From NCBI GenBank assembly GCA_965237415.1, contig CBDEFM010000001.1, positions 544,001-608,000 on the forward strand: a stretch of DNA of 64,000 nt, in the 5' to 3' direction. The notes beneath the pieces were generated by a model. The model was not told where the DNA came from, made no database searches, and saw nothing but the letters and a program-made list of their open reading frames with translations. Each line of letters starts with the position of its first letter. Position 1 is the stretch's first letter. Of the stretch, positions 1 to 10,226 are shown in pieces. Origin of the DNA: Alphaproteobacteria bacterium. GTDB taxonomy: Bacteria > Pseudomonadota > Alphaproteobacteria > UBA828. The position numbers and the translations under genes are program-made.

Positions 1-94
1 CAGCCCCTGCGCGTCGGATCGGCTAATACATGAAGCTACTGTCTGACTTAAGACGGCGAATCAGCTTGAGCGCTACCTACACTTCGGAGCAGCG

Positions 95-3000
95 ATGAAC
101 TATCCATTGAGACACATCTCCCTCCGCGTGCCCTGGCACGACACCGGATGGAACGGCAGTGTCTGCGCCGCGCCAAGGTTGAATGGCGCATGCCTCAACC
201 TGAAGCGCATCGCGCAAAACCGCAATGACGATGCTGAGGAATCCGTCGCAGGACAGAGCATCCAGGATCTACCGCAGGAGAAGTGGCCGTCATGTATCCC
301 CGAACGCTCCAGCTTCATGGCGCCCTTCGAATATGTCCGCCAAGCCAATCATCCCTACAACCGTGGTCCCGAGACGAGTCACGGCCACTTCAAGCGTACT
401 CCGCTACGCCATCCACCATACTCGGCGCCCGCCGTGCCCTTCGCCTGGATGCTCCGCGAAGCGATGGGGACTCTTGGTGAAGAGCACGCGCTCGATGTTC
501 AAGCCGAACGAGAACCCGATCTGGGATTCAAGACATCGTGGGTCCAGGATCACCTGAACCAGACTGCCCTGCTCGACTGCTTCGCCGACCACCTCAGGCC
601 CGAACGCTCTCTCTGCTTCTTCTACGCCAAGCAGGTACCGTTCGTTGAAGACCCGGCTGGCGGCCGCATCCTCATCGGCGCAGGACGCGTGCTGCATGTC
701 GGCGCGCTGCAGGAGTATCGATACGCCACGAAGAACCTCGACAACAAACTACGCTCGATGCTGTGGGAGCGCATGATCCAGCACTCGATCCGTCCCGACT
801 TCAGCGATGGCTTCCTGCTCCCGTACCATGCGGCCGTCGACAGGGCGGCTGTAGATCCAGAGTTCGACCCGGCGGAGATCGCCGCCTTCTCGCCCGCCGA
901 CCGGCTTCTTGAGTTCTCCCATGCCTCGCAGTTGGTCAGCCATGACGGCGCCATTGCCTCGCTGCTTGCCTGCGCCGAATCGCTTCGCAAGGCCCAAGGC
1001 GTGCTCCCCGGACCGTGGGAGCGGTCCCTGCGGTGGATCGACGCCCGCCTCGCCCAGCTATGGAAGGCGCGAGGTCCGTGCCCCGGGCTTGGCGCGGCGC
1101 TGTCCGCATTCGGGCTCGAACTCGGTACCTTCGTCGCCCGCGCGCTCATGGAGAAGGCCGGCGACAACGCCGATCCCTGGCCGCTGGTCGCCAAGATGTT
1201 CGTCGATCCTTCCACTCACCTGCCGGACCCTTTGGCCAAGGGCATCGGTGAGACCATCTGCAAAAAGTGGTCGCGGCTGCCCGAGGAGCGACGTGCGCTG
1301 CTCAAACTGATGAGTCGCTTCGAAATCACACCGGAGCAGGCGACCGTGCTCTACGTCCAGGAAGAGCGCGCCGCGGCCGGCATCGACACCGGCGACGCGG
1401 CCATTCTGGCCAATCCGTACCTGCTTTACGAACTGACGCGTCTGACCGCCGACCCCGTAAGCGTCTGGACCGTCGACCGTGGTGTCTTTCCGGACGAAGT
1501 CATCCGCAACAAGCACCCGCTCCCATCTCCGACTGCCCTCGATAGCGGCACCGACGCCCGTCGGGTGCGCGGGTTCACGGTCAAGGTTCTCGAAGATGCG
1601 GCTAGCCGGGGCAACACACTTCTTCCCCAGGATCAGGTGGTCCTCGGCGTTCGCGCGCTCCCCCTCCAGTCGCCCTGTCAGGTCGATGCCGACCTGATGA
1701 ACGTTGCCAAGGACAACTTTGAACAAGCCGTCGATGAGCTTGCGATGGCCGACGGTGCTCCGGCCCTCCAGCTCGACAGGCTGAGCGAGGTGAAAGCGAC
1801 TATCCGCAGGGCAATCGACAGGCGTGTCAAAGGCAAGCGCCTGGCAGTCGCGGCCGACTGGCGGGCGCTTCTCCGGCAACATCCCTCCACCCAGTCGACT
1901 GGAGAGCCCGACGAGCACGTCGAACGCGCCCGCACGGAGCAGACCGCGGCGCTCACCGAGCTCGCCGAGGCGCGCGTCTCCGTGCTGATCGGTCCGGCCG
2001 GCAGCGGCAAGACCACGTTGTTATCGGTCCTGTGTGCGCACCCGGATGTCGACGAGGGTGGCGTCCTCCTGCTCGCGCCGACCGGTAAAGCCCGCGTGCG
2101 CATGGAAGATGCCGCCAGGGCGCTCGGACTCAAGGGCTACACCATCGCCCAGTTTCTGAGTCCCCACCGCTACGACAGCGCGACCGGTCGATACCGATTT
2201 TCGGACATCCCGGCCGAGGCGGGCGCACGCACCGTCATCATCGACGAGGCTTCGATGCTGACCGAAGAGATGCTTGCCGCTCTGATCCAGGCGCTCAAGG
2301 GCGTGCACCGGCTCATCCTCATTGGCGATCCCCGCCAGCTCCCCCCGATCGGCGCCGGCCGGCCGTTCGTCGACATCGTCAAGCATCTCGCCCCAGAGGG
2401 CGTCACGGAGCAATTCCCGCGTGTCGCCCCCGGCTATGCCGAACTGACTATCCGTCACCGACAGTCGGGCGAGCATCGCGAGGACCTGCAGTTTGCGGAG
2501 TGGTTCAGCGGCTCTCCGCTCCCCGCGGGCGAGGATGACGTGTTCGAACGGGTCATGGGTGCCGACCCGCCGAGGCACATCCACTTCGTGCAGTGGGATA
2601 CCGCGGACGAAATGCGCTCCCGGCTCATCGACGTCCTGGTCAGCGAGCTCAAGTGCCTGGGCGGAGCGCCCGCGCTCGCGCACGCCGATGACATACCCGG
2701 GTTCGATGCCACGCTCGGGGGCGTCGTGTGGAACGACTTGCGCTTCTTCAACCCTCGCAAGGGTAGGCAGGCCGGAGCAGCCGAAGTCGCCGAGAGTTGG
2801 CAGATCCTCTCGCCCGTACGATCCGCAGCCCATGGCGTGCCCGATCTCAATCGCCTCATTCACAAGCGGTTTCGACAGGCGATGATCGATGACGCCCGCA
2901 AGGTGGGCAGGCAACGCAAGATCCCCAAGCCCATGGGGCCTGAGGAGATCGTCTACGGCGACAAGGTGATTAACCTTGTCAACACCGACCCCGCCCTCTT

Positions 3001-3856
3001 CTGGAACCGGCATCGCAAGATCTACCCGCGAAAGGACGACCCCTACATCGCCAACGGTGAAATCGGCATGGCTGTCGGGTTCTACCACAGGAAGGGGTCG
3101 CCTGACCTACGCTGGAAGCTTGAGGTAGAGTTCTCTTCGCAGCCCGGCTTCAAGTACGACTTCACCAGTCGCGATTTCCGTGAAGAAGGCAGCGCGGTCC
3201 TCGAGCTCGCCTACGCGCTCACGGTCCACAAGTCCCAAGGCAGCCAGTTTGGCACGGTCATCCTAGTGTTGCCAAACCCGTGTCGCCTGCTCTCGCGCGA
3301 GCTTCTCTACACCGCGCTCACGCGACAGAAAGATCGCATCGTAATCCTGCACCAGGGACCACGTACCGAGTTGCTAAAGTATTCTTCGGACGACCGCTCC
3401 GAAACCGCGCGGCGCCTGACCAACCTGTTCATCGCGCCGTCGCCCATCGAGATCGATGGGCGCTTCTTCGAGGATTACCTAATACACCGCACCATGGACG
3501 GTCAAATGGTCCGCTCGAAGTCCGAGGTGATCATCGCCAACCATCTCGCCAACAACGATATCGAGTACGAATACGAGCGTCCACTCACAATCGACGGCGT
3601 CACGAAGTACCCAGATTTCACCATCGAGGATATGGAGTCCGGGTTGACGGTGTACTGGGAGCATTCCGGGATGTTGCACGTCCCCAGCTACAAAGCCCGC
3701 TGGGATGAAAAGCGCGCATGGTACCGAGGACACGACATCCTGCCCCACGAAGAAGGAGGCGGCGAGAACGGAATATTGGTGGAGACACGGGATGAACCAA
3801 ATGGAGGCATCGACTCCGCGAAGATCATTGCCCACATAACCGAAGTGCTCGGTTGA
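95..3856 (+). CDS. RecD-like SF1B helicase with C-terminal PD-(D/E)xK nuclease and large N-terminal domain; candidate anti-phage protein
   Basis: Walker A GPAGSGKTT, Walker B IIDEASM, GDPRQLPPIGAG, YALTVHKSQGSQF, LLYTALTR; C-terminal RSKSEVIIAN...YPDFTI...YWEHSGM nuclease-like motif. Confidence 0.85.
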   Translation: MNYPLRHISLRVPWHDTGWNGSVCAAPRLNGACLNLKRIAQNRNDDAEESVAGQSIQDLPQEKWPSCIPERSSFMAPFEYVRQANHPYNRGPETSHGHFKRTPLRHPPYSAPAVPFAWMLREAMGTLGEEHALDVQAEREPDLGFKTSWVQDHLNQTALLDCFADHLRPERSLCFFYAKQVPFVEDPAGGRILIGAGRVLHVGALQEYRYATKNLDNKLRSMLWERMIQHSIRPDFSDGFLLPYHAAVDRAAVDPEFDPAEIAAFSPADRLLEFSHASQLVSHDGAIASLLACAESLRKAQGVLPGPWERSLRWIDARLAQLWKARGPCPGLGAALSAFGLELGTFVARALMEKAGDNADPWPLVAKMFVDPSTHLPDPLAKGIGETICKKWSRLPEERRALLKLMSRFEITPEQATVLYVQEERAAAGIDTGDAAILANPYLLYELTRLTADPVSVWTVDRGVFPDEVIRNKHPLPSPTALDSGTDARRVRGFTVKVLEDAASRGNTLLPQDQVVLGVRALPLQSPCQVDADLMNVAKDNFEQAVDELAMADGAPALQLDRLSEVKATIRRAIDRRVKGKRLAVAADWRALLRQHPSTQSTGEPDEHVERARTEQTAALTELAEARVSVLIGPAGSGKTTLLSVLCAHPDVDEGGVLLLAPTGKARVRMEDAARALGLKGYTIAQFLSPHRYDSATGRYRFSDIPAEAGARTVIIDEASMLTEEMLAALIQALKGVHRLILIGDPRQLPPIGAGRPFVDIVKHLAPEGVTEQFPRVAPGYAELTIRHRQSGEHREDLQFAEWFSGSPLPAGEDDVFERVMGADPPRHIHFVQWDTADEMRSRLIDVLVSELKCLGGAPALAHADDIPGFDATLGGVVWNDLRFFNPRKGRQAGAAEVAESWQILSPVRSAAHGVPDLNRLIHKRFRQAMIDDARKVGRQRKIPKPMGPEEIVYGDKVINLVNTDPALFWNRHRKIYPRKDDPYIANGEIGMAVGFYHRKGSPDLRWKLEVEFSSQPGFKYDFTSRDFREEGSAVLELAYALTVHKSQGSQFGTVILVLPNPCRLLSRELLYTALTRQKDRIVILHQGPRTELLKYSSDDRSETARRLTNLFIAPSPIEIDGRFFEDYLIHRTMDGQMVRSKSEVIIANHLANNDIEYEYERPLTIDGVTKYPDFTIEDMESGLTVYWEHSGMLHVPSYKARWDEKRAWYRGHDILPHEEGGGENGILVETRDEPNGGIDSAKIIAHITEVLG

Positions 3857-3942
3857 TCTGAACGGAACCCGCGAAGCCTCGCGGACACGTACTCCTCGCC
3901 GAACCGTCCCCGCACGATACCGTATGCGGATTCCGCCGTAAC

Positions 3943-4119
3943 CTTCGCCACTCCTTCGCCAGCGGCGGTCTCTTGGTCGGTGAAGGCTTGCCCATGATTG
4001 GCAAGCTGCTGGGCCACACCCAGGTCCAAACCACGGCCCGCTACGCCCACCTCGCAAACGATCCCGTCAAGTCAGCCGCAAACCGGATCGCAAGCCGAAT
4101 CGCCGAGGTGGCAGGGTGA
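3943..4119 (+). pseudogene. Tyrosine integrase C-terminal fragment 1
   Basis: Reads LRHSFASGGLLVGEGLPMIGKLLGHTQVQTTARYAHLANDPVKSAANRIASRIAEVAG*; no N-terminal part upstream. Confidence 0.85.
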
Positions 4120-4366
4120 GGCCGGAAAGGGACAGTTTCCAATAAGGGGCGATTTCCCCATGGCCCGCCTCGGGTCGTAACGCCGGCTTGCTCCTCGCTG
4201 CAATCCTGGCGCGCGTCCACCACAGCTCCCGCGACCGGGTCTGCCAGCCTATCCCGGAGCGCTTCTTGCGGCGGATCTCACCGTGCACATGCTACCTTCG
4301 TGCAACGCTGCTACTCGACATCTTCATGCCCCATGTGGAATTCCTTCGACATTGGAGACGCGCCCA

Positions 4367-5653
4367 GTGACAAGAATTCGAGAAGACCTCAGCCAATGGG
4401 CGCTACATTTCATTCACGACCACAATCCGGATACCGACCCCACAGACGAAGAGATCGACTACGAATTCTACGGTGGCCTTCCCTACCACGAGAGCAAGGA
4501 AGTCAACGACCGTTTCGACGCGTGGAGAATCAGCGATCAATACTACCCTATCGATCCCGACCCAGATGCTTTGCAGGTGTTGCTGAAGATCATTACGGAT
4601 GGCCACATAAGGGCCAGTTGGGCTTTCAGAAACAATCGACCCACAGTTTATGGCCCCCGGGCCGCGGTGTGCTTTACGGAAATGCCGCTCTACGCACTTC
4701 TTGACTATGTGAACCAAAGGGAAAAAGACGCCGTCGCGCCCTATGCAATCGGACTCAGCAAACAAGAGCTGTTCCGCGCCGGTGCGCGACCCGTCATTTA
4801 TGGGCTGACCGGACATCACGTCGAGGAGAGGGGCGGCTCGTTATCCCTCAAGCCGTGGCCAAGAAAACTCGCGTCGTCATGTGGCCTCGCGGAATCCGAA
4901 CAGTACCGGTATGTCGCAATGTCCTCCGATCCCACGCGGCCGATCGACTGGTCGCATGAGCGAGAATGGCGTTGGGCTGATCACCAGGATCGATGCTCCT
5001 GCCCCGGAGTGCCCATCTGGCTGTCCGACGAGCCCGCCTGGTTCACGCGGGTGTTCATTGTCGTACCGAATTCAGGAGCCATTGAGCGCGTGCTGAACAG
5101 GCTGCAAGAGCTTCATGACGCAGGATCAAATGATGTCGGCCACGCGTTCTCGAGAAGGATGCTCCGTTCGACCGCCGTGGTCGCGCTGGATCGCCTGACA
5201 CATGGAATGGGAGACATGCGCGACAAACGCCTGCGTCTCGATGACATCTCCCCGTCGTACATCCGCATCTTCAAGCGCCAGCGGGCAACCCGCGATATGT
5301 TGAAGAAGGCAGGTGATGTGCTGAACGAGGCGAAAATTGCGGCCAACCACGCGGCCGCCGCCCGTCACAAGTCGGCCCCAAGAACGAAGGACGGCCGTCA
5401 CATCGCGGATATCGCCGGCTGGGCTCATCTTGTAGTACACAGCGGTCAAACTCCCTTGGTCTCCGCGCTCTTGGAGTTAAAGGCGATCTATTCTGTACCT
5501 GGAGAAGGATACTACTTCCGCGACATCGGTGGCCTTGGTTGGAAAGACGAGCAAGCCCTCTCGCTAGCTGAGGCCGCTGTACATGCAGCCATGGAAATCT
5601 TCAGAAAACACTTTCCGGAGGCGTCGTTCAGCATGACGACGAGATGGGACTAA
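4367..5653 (+). CDS. DUF4427/AbiGi-like protein, probable ADP-ribosyltransferase fold
   Basis: REDLSQWALHF, ASWAFRNNRPTVYG, AVCFTEMP, GARPVIYGL, EQYRYV, IDWSHEREWRW; GTG start at 4367 after GGAG. Confidence 0.7.
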   Translation: MTRIREDLSQWALHFIHDHNPDTDPTDEEIDYEFYGGLPYHESKEVNDRFDAWRISDQYYPIDPDPDALQVLLKIITDGHIRASWAFRNNRPTVYGPRAAVCFTEMPLYALLDYVNQREKDAVAPYAIGLSKQELFRAGARPVIYGLTGHHVEERGGSLSLKPWPRKLASSCGLAESEQYRYVAMSSDPTRPIDWSHEREWRWADHQDRCSCPGVPIWLSDEPAWFTRVFIVVPNSGAIERVLNRLQELHDAGSNDVGHAFSRRMLRSTAVVALDRLTHGMGDMRDKRLRLDDISPSYIRIFKRQRATRDMLKKAGDVLNEAKIAANHAAAARHKSAPRTKDGRHIADIAGWAHLVVHSGQTPLVSALLELKAIYSVPGEGYYFRDIGGLGWKDEQALSLAEAAVHAAMEIFRKHFPEASFSMTTRWD

Positions 5654-5920
5654 TGCTCTTGTGAGACCTGAAACGACTCGTAGCGTGCTAGCGAACGAGT
5701 TTACGCTCAGGTGGACTTCCTCGCCGGTCTTAATCCTTTGGACACTGCCTCATGGCTTGTAGTCTACCGGCACCCAGCGCAACCTGAACCTCTTGGCTCG
5801 GCCAATGTAGCGACGACGCGACCGCTCAGCACGTCCTCCAGTGGCTCCTAACTGGTCGACGCATGCCCCAAGACTATTAACGCATCGATTGGCGATCTCA
5901 TGAACCAAGCCTAGAATTGG

Positions 5921-6742
5921 CTAAAGGGGAATCGGCGGCAGCGGGTCCATGCCGCACTCCAACGCCGCATTTTCTGCCGCTTCGAAGAGCTCCTTACCAT
6001 CCTTTGCCAAGCCGATCAACGCCTTGATCCCGGCAAGAAATCCGCGGAGGCGACCAAATTGTGGTTGTGGTTTGGACGCCTCGGCCCTCGCTTCCTCGAT
6101 CAACGGCGCCAGTTGATCATGCTCACGAAATTTCTCATGCAGGGACTCGAGCGCACTGCCGAGTGCTTCCAATCCCCTCGTGTCGATGTTCTGGGTCACT
6201 TTGGCTATAGAATGGTCGCCCTGTTGGAAAGCGCCCACCGGTCCGGAGAAAGTGTAGTGTTCGATATGCGTGCTCCCACCGCCCTGGGAAACAATCATCG
6301 CAGTATTGCTTGAAAACAACTCTATTTCTGTTCCAACAATCTCCCGCGATCTCAAGAATGCAGCTTCCGCATCAGCTACGATATCGCTCTCGATGCTACC
6401 GCCTTTCAACCTGTTTCTTCGAAGGGAACCAAGGTAACTGTCCGCCAATGGCTTCATCACCTCGTCGAACACCTCTCTTAGTTGTTCAACCAAGATGTCA
6501 CCGGGATTTACCCCAATGGTTACGGCAATGTGGTGGAGTTGCGACCATGCTTCTCTGCAAATATCATCGTACGTTTCTTCGTATACCTTCCTAACATTCA
6601 GAGCGGTTTGGCTGGAATGCAGCATGCCATGTCTGTTGGCTTCGCTGCGCACTCGCGTTGCTGCCAGGGCAGCGTCGTTCCTGCGCTTTTCCAGTATCAA
6701 TCCCATTCGCCTAACGAACAGGCTACAAATTTTCTGGTTCAT
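5921..6742 (-). CDS. Hypothetical protein (helical, with a G/Q-rich linker motif)
   Basis: 273-aa ORF with lower GC and normal amino-acid composition; no family recognised. Confidence 0.6.
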   Translation of the reverse strand: MNQKICSLFVRRMGLILEKRRNDAALAATRVRSEANRHGMLHSSQTALNVRKVYEETYDDICREAWSQLHHIAVTIGVNPGDILVEQLREVFDEVMKPLADSYLGSLRRNRLKGGSIESDIVADAEAAFLRSREIVGTEIELFSSNTAMIVSQGGGSTHIEHYTFSGPVGAFQQGDHSIAKVTQNIDTRGLEALGSALESLHEKFREHDQLAPLIEEARAEASKPQPQFGRLRGFLAGIKALIGLAKDGKELFEAAENAALECGMDPLPPIPL

Positions 6743-7070
6743 GGCTCGCTCTAATGGTGACAGGAGAATTGGACGTCACACGAAGTCTGTACTGGCGTCT
6801 ACGCGTAGCGCAACAAGACAAGCATACATATTCCTGTGGTCCATCGCACCCGTCCGGTGAGGACAACTTGTCCCGAGAACCGCTTCTGCGAATCCGGCGG
6901 GTTCGAAGACACAGTCTGAGGGGGGAGCCGGTCTACGCGGCCAGGGTCGAGATCCCGATCAGCGTGGAACACTCAAGCCGACGCATTCCTCCACCGACAA
7001 CTGCCTCCGAGCAGCTTGGGCTGATCCGCTCATCCCATGCCGCGACCATCTCTCGCGTCTACTCCACCGC

Positions 7071-7277
7071 GACCTTCGGCACAGCTTTGCCTCCAGGGCT
7101 CTCGCCCTCGGCGAAAGCCTGCCGATGATCGGAAAGCTCCTCGGCCACCGTCGGATCCAAACGACCGCCCGCTACGCCCACCTTGCACGGGACTCGGTGA
7201 AGACCGCCGCCGAGAGGATTGCGGACAGCCGCGCGACCGACATGGACAGACACCCGGCTCCTTCCTCCACCGCGTGA
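7071..7277 (+). pseudogene. Tyrosine integrase C-terminal fragment 2
   Basis: DLRHSFASRALALGESLPMIGKLLGHRRIQTTARYAHLARDSVKTAAERIADS...*. Confidence 0.85.
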
Positions 7278-7532
7278 TCAGCCGCCCAGCTTGGCCAACA
7301 AGTGAAATACGGCTAGGACTCGAAAAATGTACTGAGCCGTGCCTGAAGCGCCTCATCGTCGAAAGCCGGCGGTACACGACAACGGATCGGTCGACACGTT
7401 CCAATGAGCCGACCGGAGTCGGGCATAGGAGCAGTGGTGGCCTGGCACGCAGGCGATTCGGTCGCGCTATCTGTTCGTCCCTTGGGCGCCCGTGCGCCGA
7501 GTTGCCCCAGAATCGAGATCGGAGGACTACCT

Positions 7533-8960
7533 ATGGTTCAACCTTATTCGCCATTCGACAAGGACATCGATGATTTGCGGCCTGAGGATTTGGAGGTTCT
7601 GAAAAGGGTGAATGAAGGCTGGTACGTCGAATATAAGCGTGAGCTTGTAAGCGCTTCTGCCTTGGCTAAAGCTATTTCTGCCTTTGCAAACAGCTATGGT
7701 GGCTGGCTCTTTCTTGGAGTACAGGAAAAAACCAAAGGTTGTTCTGTCGCGGGCCGATTTCCGGGAATTCCTGATGATTCAATCGATATCTCACTGCAAA
7801 AACTACGCCAGTCGTCTACTGATATCCTCAACCCTACACCCTTCTTTCGGACTAAGGTGTTGCGGGGCCCCTGTCCAACGATAAATCTCTCAGAAAACGC
7901 CTCAGTTCTGGCGGTTGAAATCCCGCAAAGCCACACGGCTCCTCATGTACATAAGGACGGGCGAATCTACAGGCGTGTGGCGGATGGTTCAGAACCCAAA
8001 CATGAAACTGATCGTTTTGTTCTAGATCAACTCTGGCGGCGCGCTGACCCTGTGCGAAATTTCACGCGCGAATGGATTAAGAGAGATCCAGAGTTCTCCA
8101 AGTCCGAAGAACATACACCATACCTTCGGTTGCTGCTTTGCGTTGATCCATGGCAACAACGCGATCCATGGCTCAAGGCGCCTGTATCAGAAATCACAGA
8201 GATATTCAGGGGCAACGACGCTAGCATTTCGTCAATTTCTTTCGACACGGTGTATTCTACATCTGAAGGTATCATTGCTCGACAGTTAATCGGCAATAAC
8301 CCACACAATATGGGTCTAACATGGAAACTGCGCCGAGATCTGGCATGCGACGTTGTTGTGCCTCTTCCATTTTATGATCTTGGCGACCTCGATAATTTAT
8401 TTGAAGAGCAAAACGGTTACATGGATACGGAACGATTTATGAGAATATTGGCGAGTCAAGGGACGGGGTACACGCAGCCTCGGATTGTTGACCTAAATTT
8501 CGTAATGCAAATTTTGATTGGTGTTGCCTCGAAATATGTACGTTTGCTGGAACTGGCAAGTGGGCCACGCATATTTTTTTGCAAAGCAAGATTACTAAAT
8601 AGTTGGAGAATCATCCCTTTCATGGATGTCGCTTCCATACAAGAGAAGTACGAAACGTATGGTCTACCTTTGATTATGGATAGTACAATTACCGTACCGA
8701 GTGGGCTCGACCCGGATTCATTTGCTCAAATCGATGAACTGGATTCTTCCAAGCCTGATGGTCGGAGTATGGACGTCAGCATTTTACAAGGTATATTGAT
8801 ATTCATTCGTGTCGCAGAGGCGTTTGGCGTGCCTATTCTTCTTGGAGATGAGTTCAACGCTGACGACGCATACTTGTATCAAGACATTTATGACGCTGGA
8901 AGCCGAGCAAAAATAGTACAGGAAAACCAAAACAGAACGAGAAATACCCCTAGGTCTTAA
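7533..8960 (+). CDS. Schlafen/AlbA_2-domain protein with uncharacterised C-terminal domain
   Basis: EGWYVEYKRE, ISAFANSYGGWLFLGVQE, APHVHKDGRIYRR; ATG at 7533 after GGAGGA; low GC. Confidence 0.8.
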   Translation: MVQPYSPFDKDIDDLRPEDLEVLKRVNEGWYVEYKRELVSASALAKAISAFANSYGGWLFLGVQEKTKGCSVAGRFPGIPDDSIDISLQKLRQSSTDILNPTPFFRTKVLRGPCPTINLSENASVLAVEIPQSHTAPHVHKDGRIYRRVADGSEPKHETDRFVLDQLWRRADPVRNFTREWIKRDPEFSKSEEHTPYLRLLLCVDPWQQRDPWLKAPVSEITEIFRGNDASISSISFDTVYSTSEGIIARQLIGNNPHNMGLTWKLRRDLACDVVVPLPFYDLGDLDNLFEEQNGYMDTERFMRILASQGTGYTQPRIVDLNFVMQILIGVASKYVRLLELASGPRIFFCKARLLNSWRIIPFMDVASIQEKYETYGLPLIMDSTITVPSGLDPDSFAQIDELDSSKPDGRSMDVSILQGILIFIRVAEAFGVPILLGDEFNADDAYLYQDIYDAGSRAKIVQENQNRTRNTPRS

Positions 8961-9023
8961 AGCTCATGGGCGTGCATTGACTAGCTGTACAGAGATACTG
9001 TTCAGCTGACAGTGCCGTCCGGG

Positions 9024-9406
9024 TATCGGGAGCGCAAGCGCTAGATGTTTCTCACCGACGAGGAGTTTCGCCGACTCGGTCGGGTGCTGAACGAAGCCGC
9101 GGTCGTGAGCGGCGTGTTGGTGCACGCCGCGGCGGCGATCCGGTTGTTCATGCTCTCCGGGTGCCGGAAGAGTGTGATCCTGACCTCGCGCTGGGAGGAT
9201 GTGGACCTAGGGTACAGCGACAGTGCATTTAGGGCACAAGGTGACATCCAGATTTACGACGTGTCGCCTTGGCTTCATCGCGTTCCCGGAGGGTGATCAC
9301 GGGCCACAAGTCGGGCACGCACATTACGAACCTGGACAAACCGTGGCACATTGTCCGGACCCGCACCGGTCTGAAGGAAGTGCGCATTCATGACCTCACG
9401 CATTCT
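9024..9406 (+). pseudogene. Tyrosine integrase catalytic-domain fragment ending at HDLxHS
   Basis: FLTDEEFRRLG...AAIRLFMLSGCRKSVILTSRWEDVDL, then after an internal deletion/frameshift NLDKPWHIVRTRTGLKEVRIHDLTHS. Confidence 0.8.
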
Positions 9407-9561
9407 TGTGCAACATGCTCTTACAGCCTGGCCGCGTGAGCCCCTCTAACTTACCGTAATAACTACATTTTCTTCACTTCCTGATTTTCCTTCCAGTCCG
9501 TCTTCCAGATTCCGTAATCATAACGACACCAGATTCAAGTTAACGTTTGGCGTGACATGTC
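9407..9561. repeat. Conserved non-coding segment after the integrase break, copy A
   Basis: TGTGCA at the junction, then TTCCGTAATCATA (9510) and GACATGTC (9554), 44 bp apart as in copy B at 21292/21336. Confidence 0.7.
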
Positions 9562-9611
9562 CATACCCCACGTATGATTCGCCGATTTTCGCGATTCTCA
9601 CGCCGACAGAA

Positions 9612-9637
9612 GTAAGGGTCCGGTCGGACCGGTATGG
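9612..9637 (+). mobile_element. Solo IS66-type terminal inverted repeat
   Basis: GTAAGGGTCCGGTCGGACCGGTATGG, 23/26 identical to the end at 21395. Confidence 0.75.
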
Positions 9638-9698
9638 GGGTCCGCGAAGCCACTATGACAATGCGTAGGATCGGCATCGCCGCGCTCGCGCCGGCGTT

Positions 9699-10226
9699 TC
9701 ACCGCCGCAGGCGAACCCACAGCCAGCGAATCGTGCCGATGCCCGCCGCCCCCGTCGTGGCGGCGATCAGAATCGTCTTGACCAGGGTGAAAACCGCGGC
9801 CAGCCAGGCGAACGGCGAAGGCGCCCCGGCATAGTTCAGCGCCAGCGCCGCGATGGTCGCGTTCTCCAGCACATCGGCCGCCGCCATCGCGAGCGGCAGC
9901 AGATACAGCGGCACCCCGCCCCGCCACAGACGGAACAGCAAGATCGCCAACAGCAGGCCGTAGGCGACGGGAAACGCCATGTCGACAGTGAGCCCGGTCG
10001 CCGCGTAGACGAACCTGGCGTTCGCGTCGAGCCGGTCGAGGTCGTCGAACAGCGCCGCGGCCTCGCCGGGCGTGTACCAGCCCCGGCTGTCGAGAAGATC
10101 GAGGCCGCCCAGCCGGTCCTGCCGCCAGACCAGGCCCGCCACGCAGGCGACGACGCCGGCCAATGCCGCAGCCGCTACGCGCCGGGTCGCCCATCGTTCC
10201 AGCGCCGCACGGATGGAAATCGCCAT
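9699..10226 (-). CDS. Hypothetical integral membrane protein
   Basis: Four hydrophobic segments, D..FPVAYG and AAADVLEN motifs; ATG at 10226 after GGAGG. Confidence 0.7.
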   Translation of the reverse strand: MAISIRAALERWATRRVAAAALAGVVACVAGLVWRQDRLGGLDLLDSRGWYTPGEAAALFDDLDRLDANARFVYAATGLTVDMAFPVAYGLLLAILLFRLWRGGVPLYLLPLAMAAADVLENATIAALALNYAGAPSPFAWLAAVFTLVKTILIAATTGAAGIGTIRWLWVRLRR

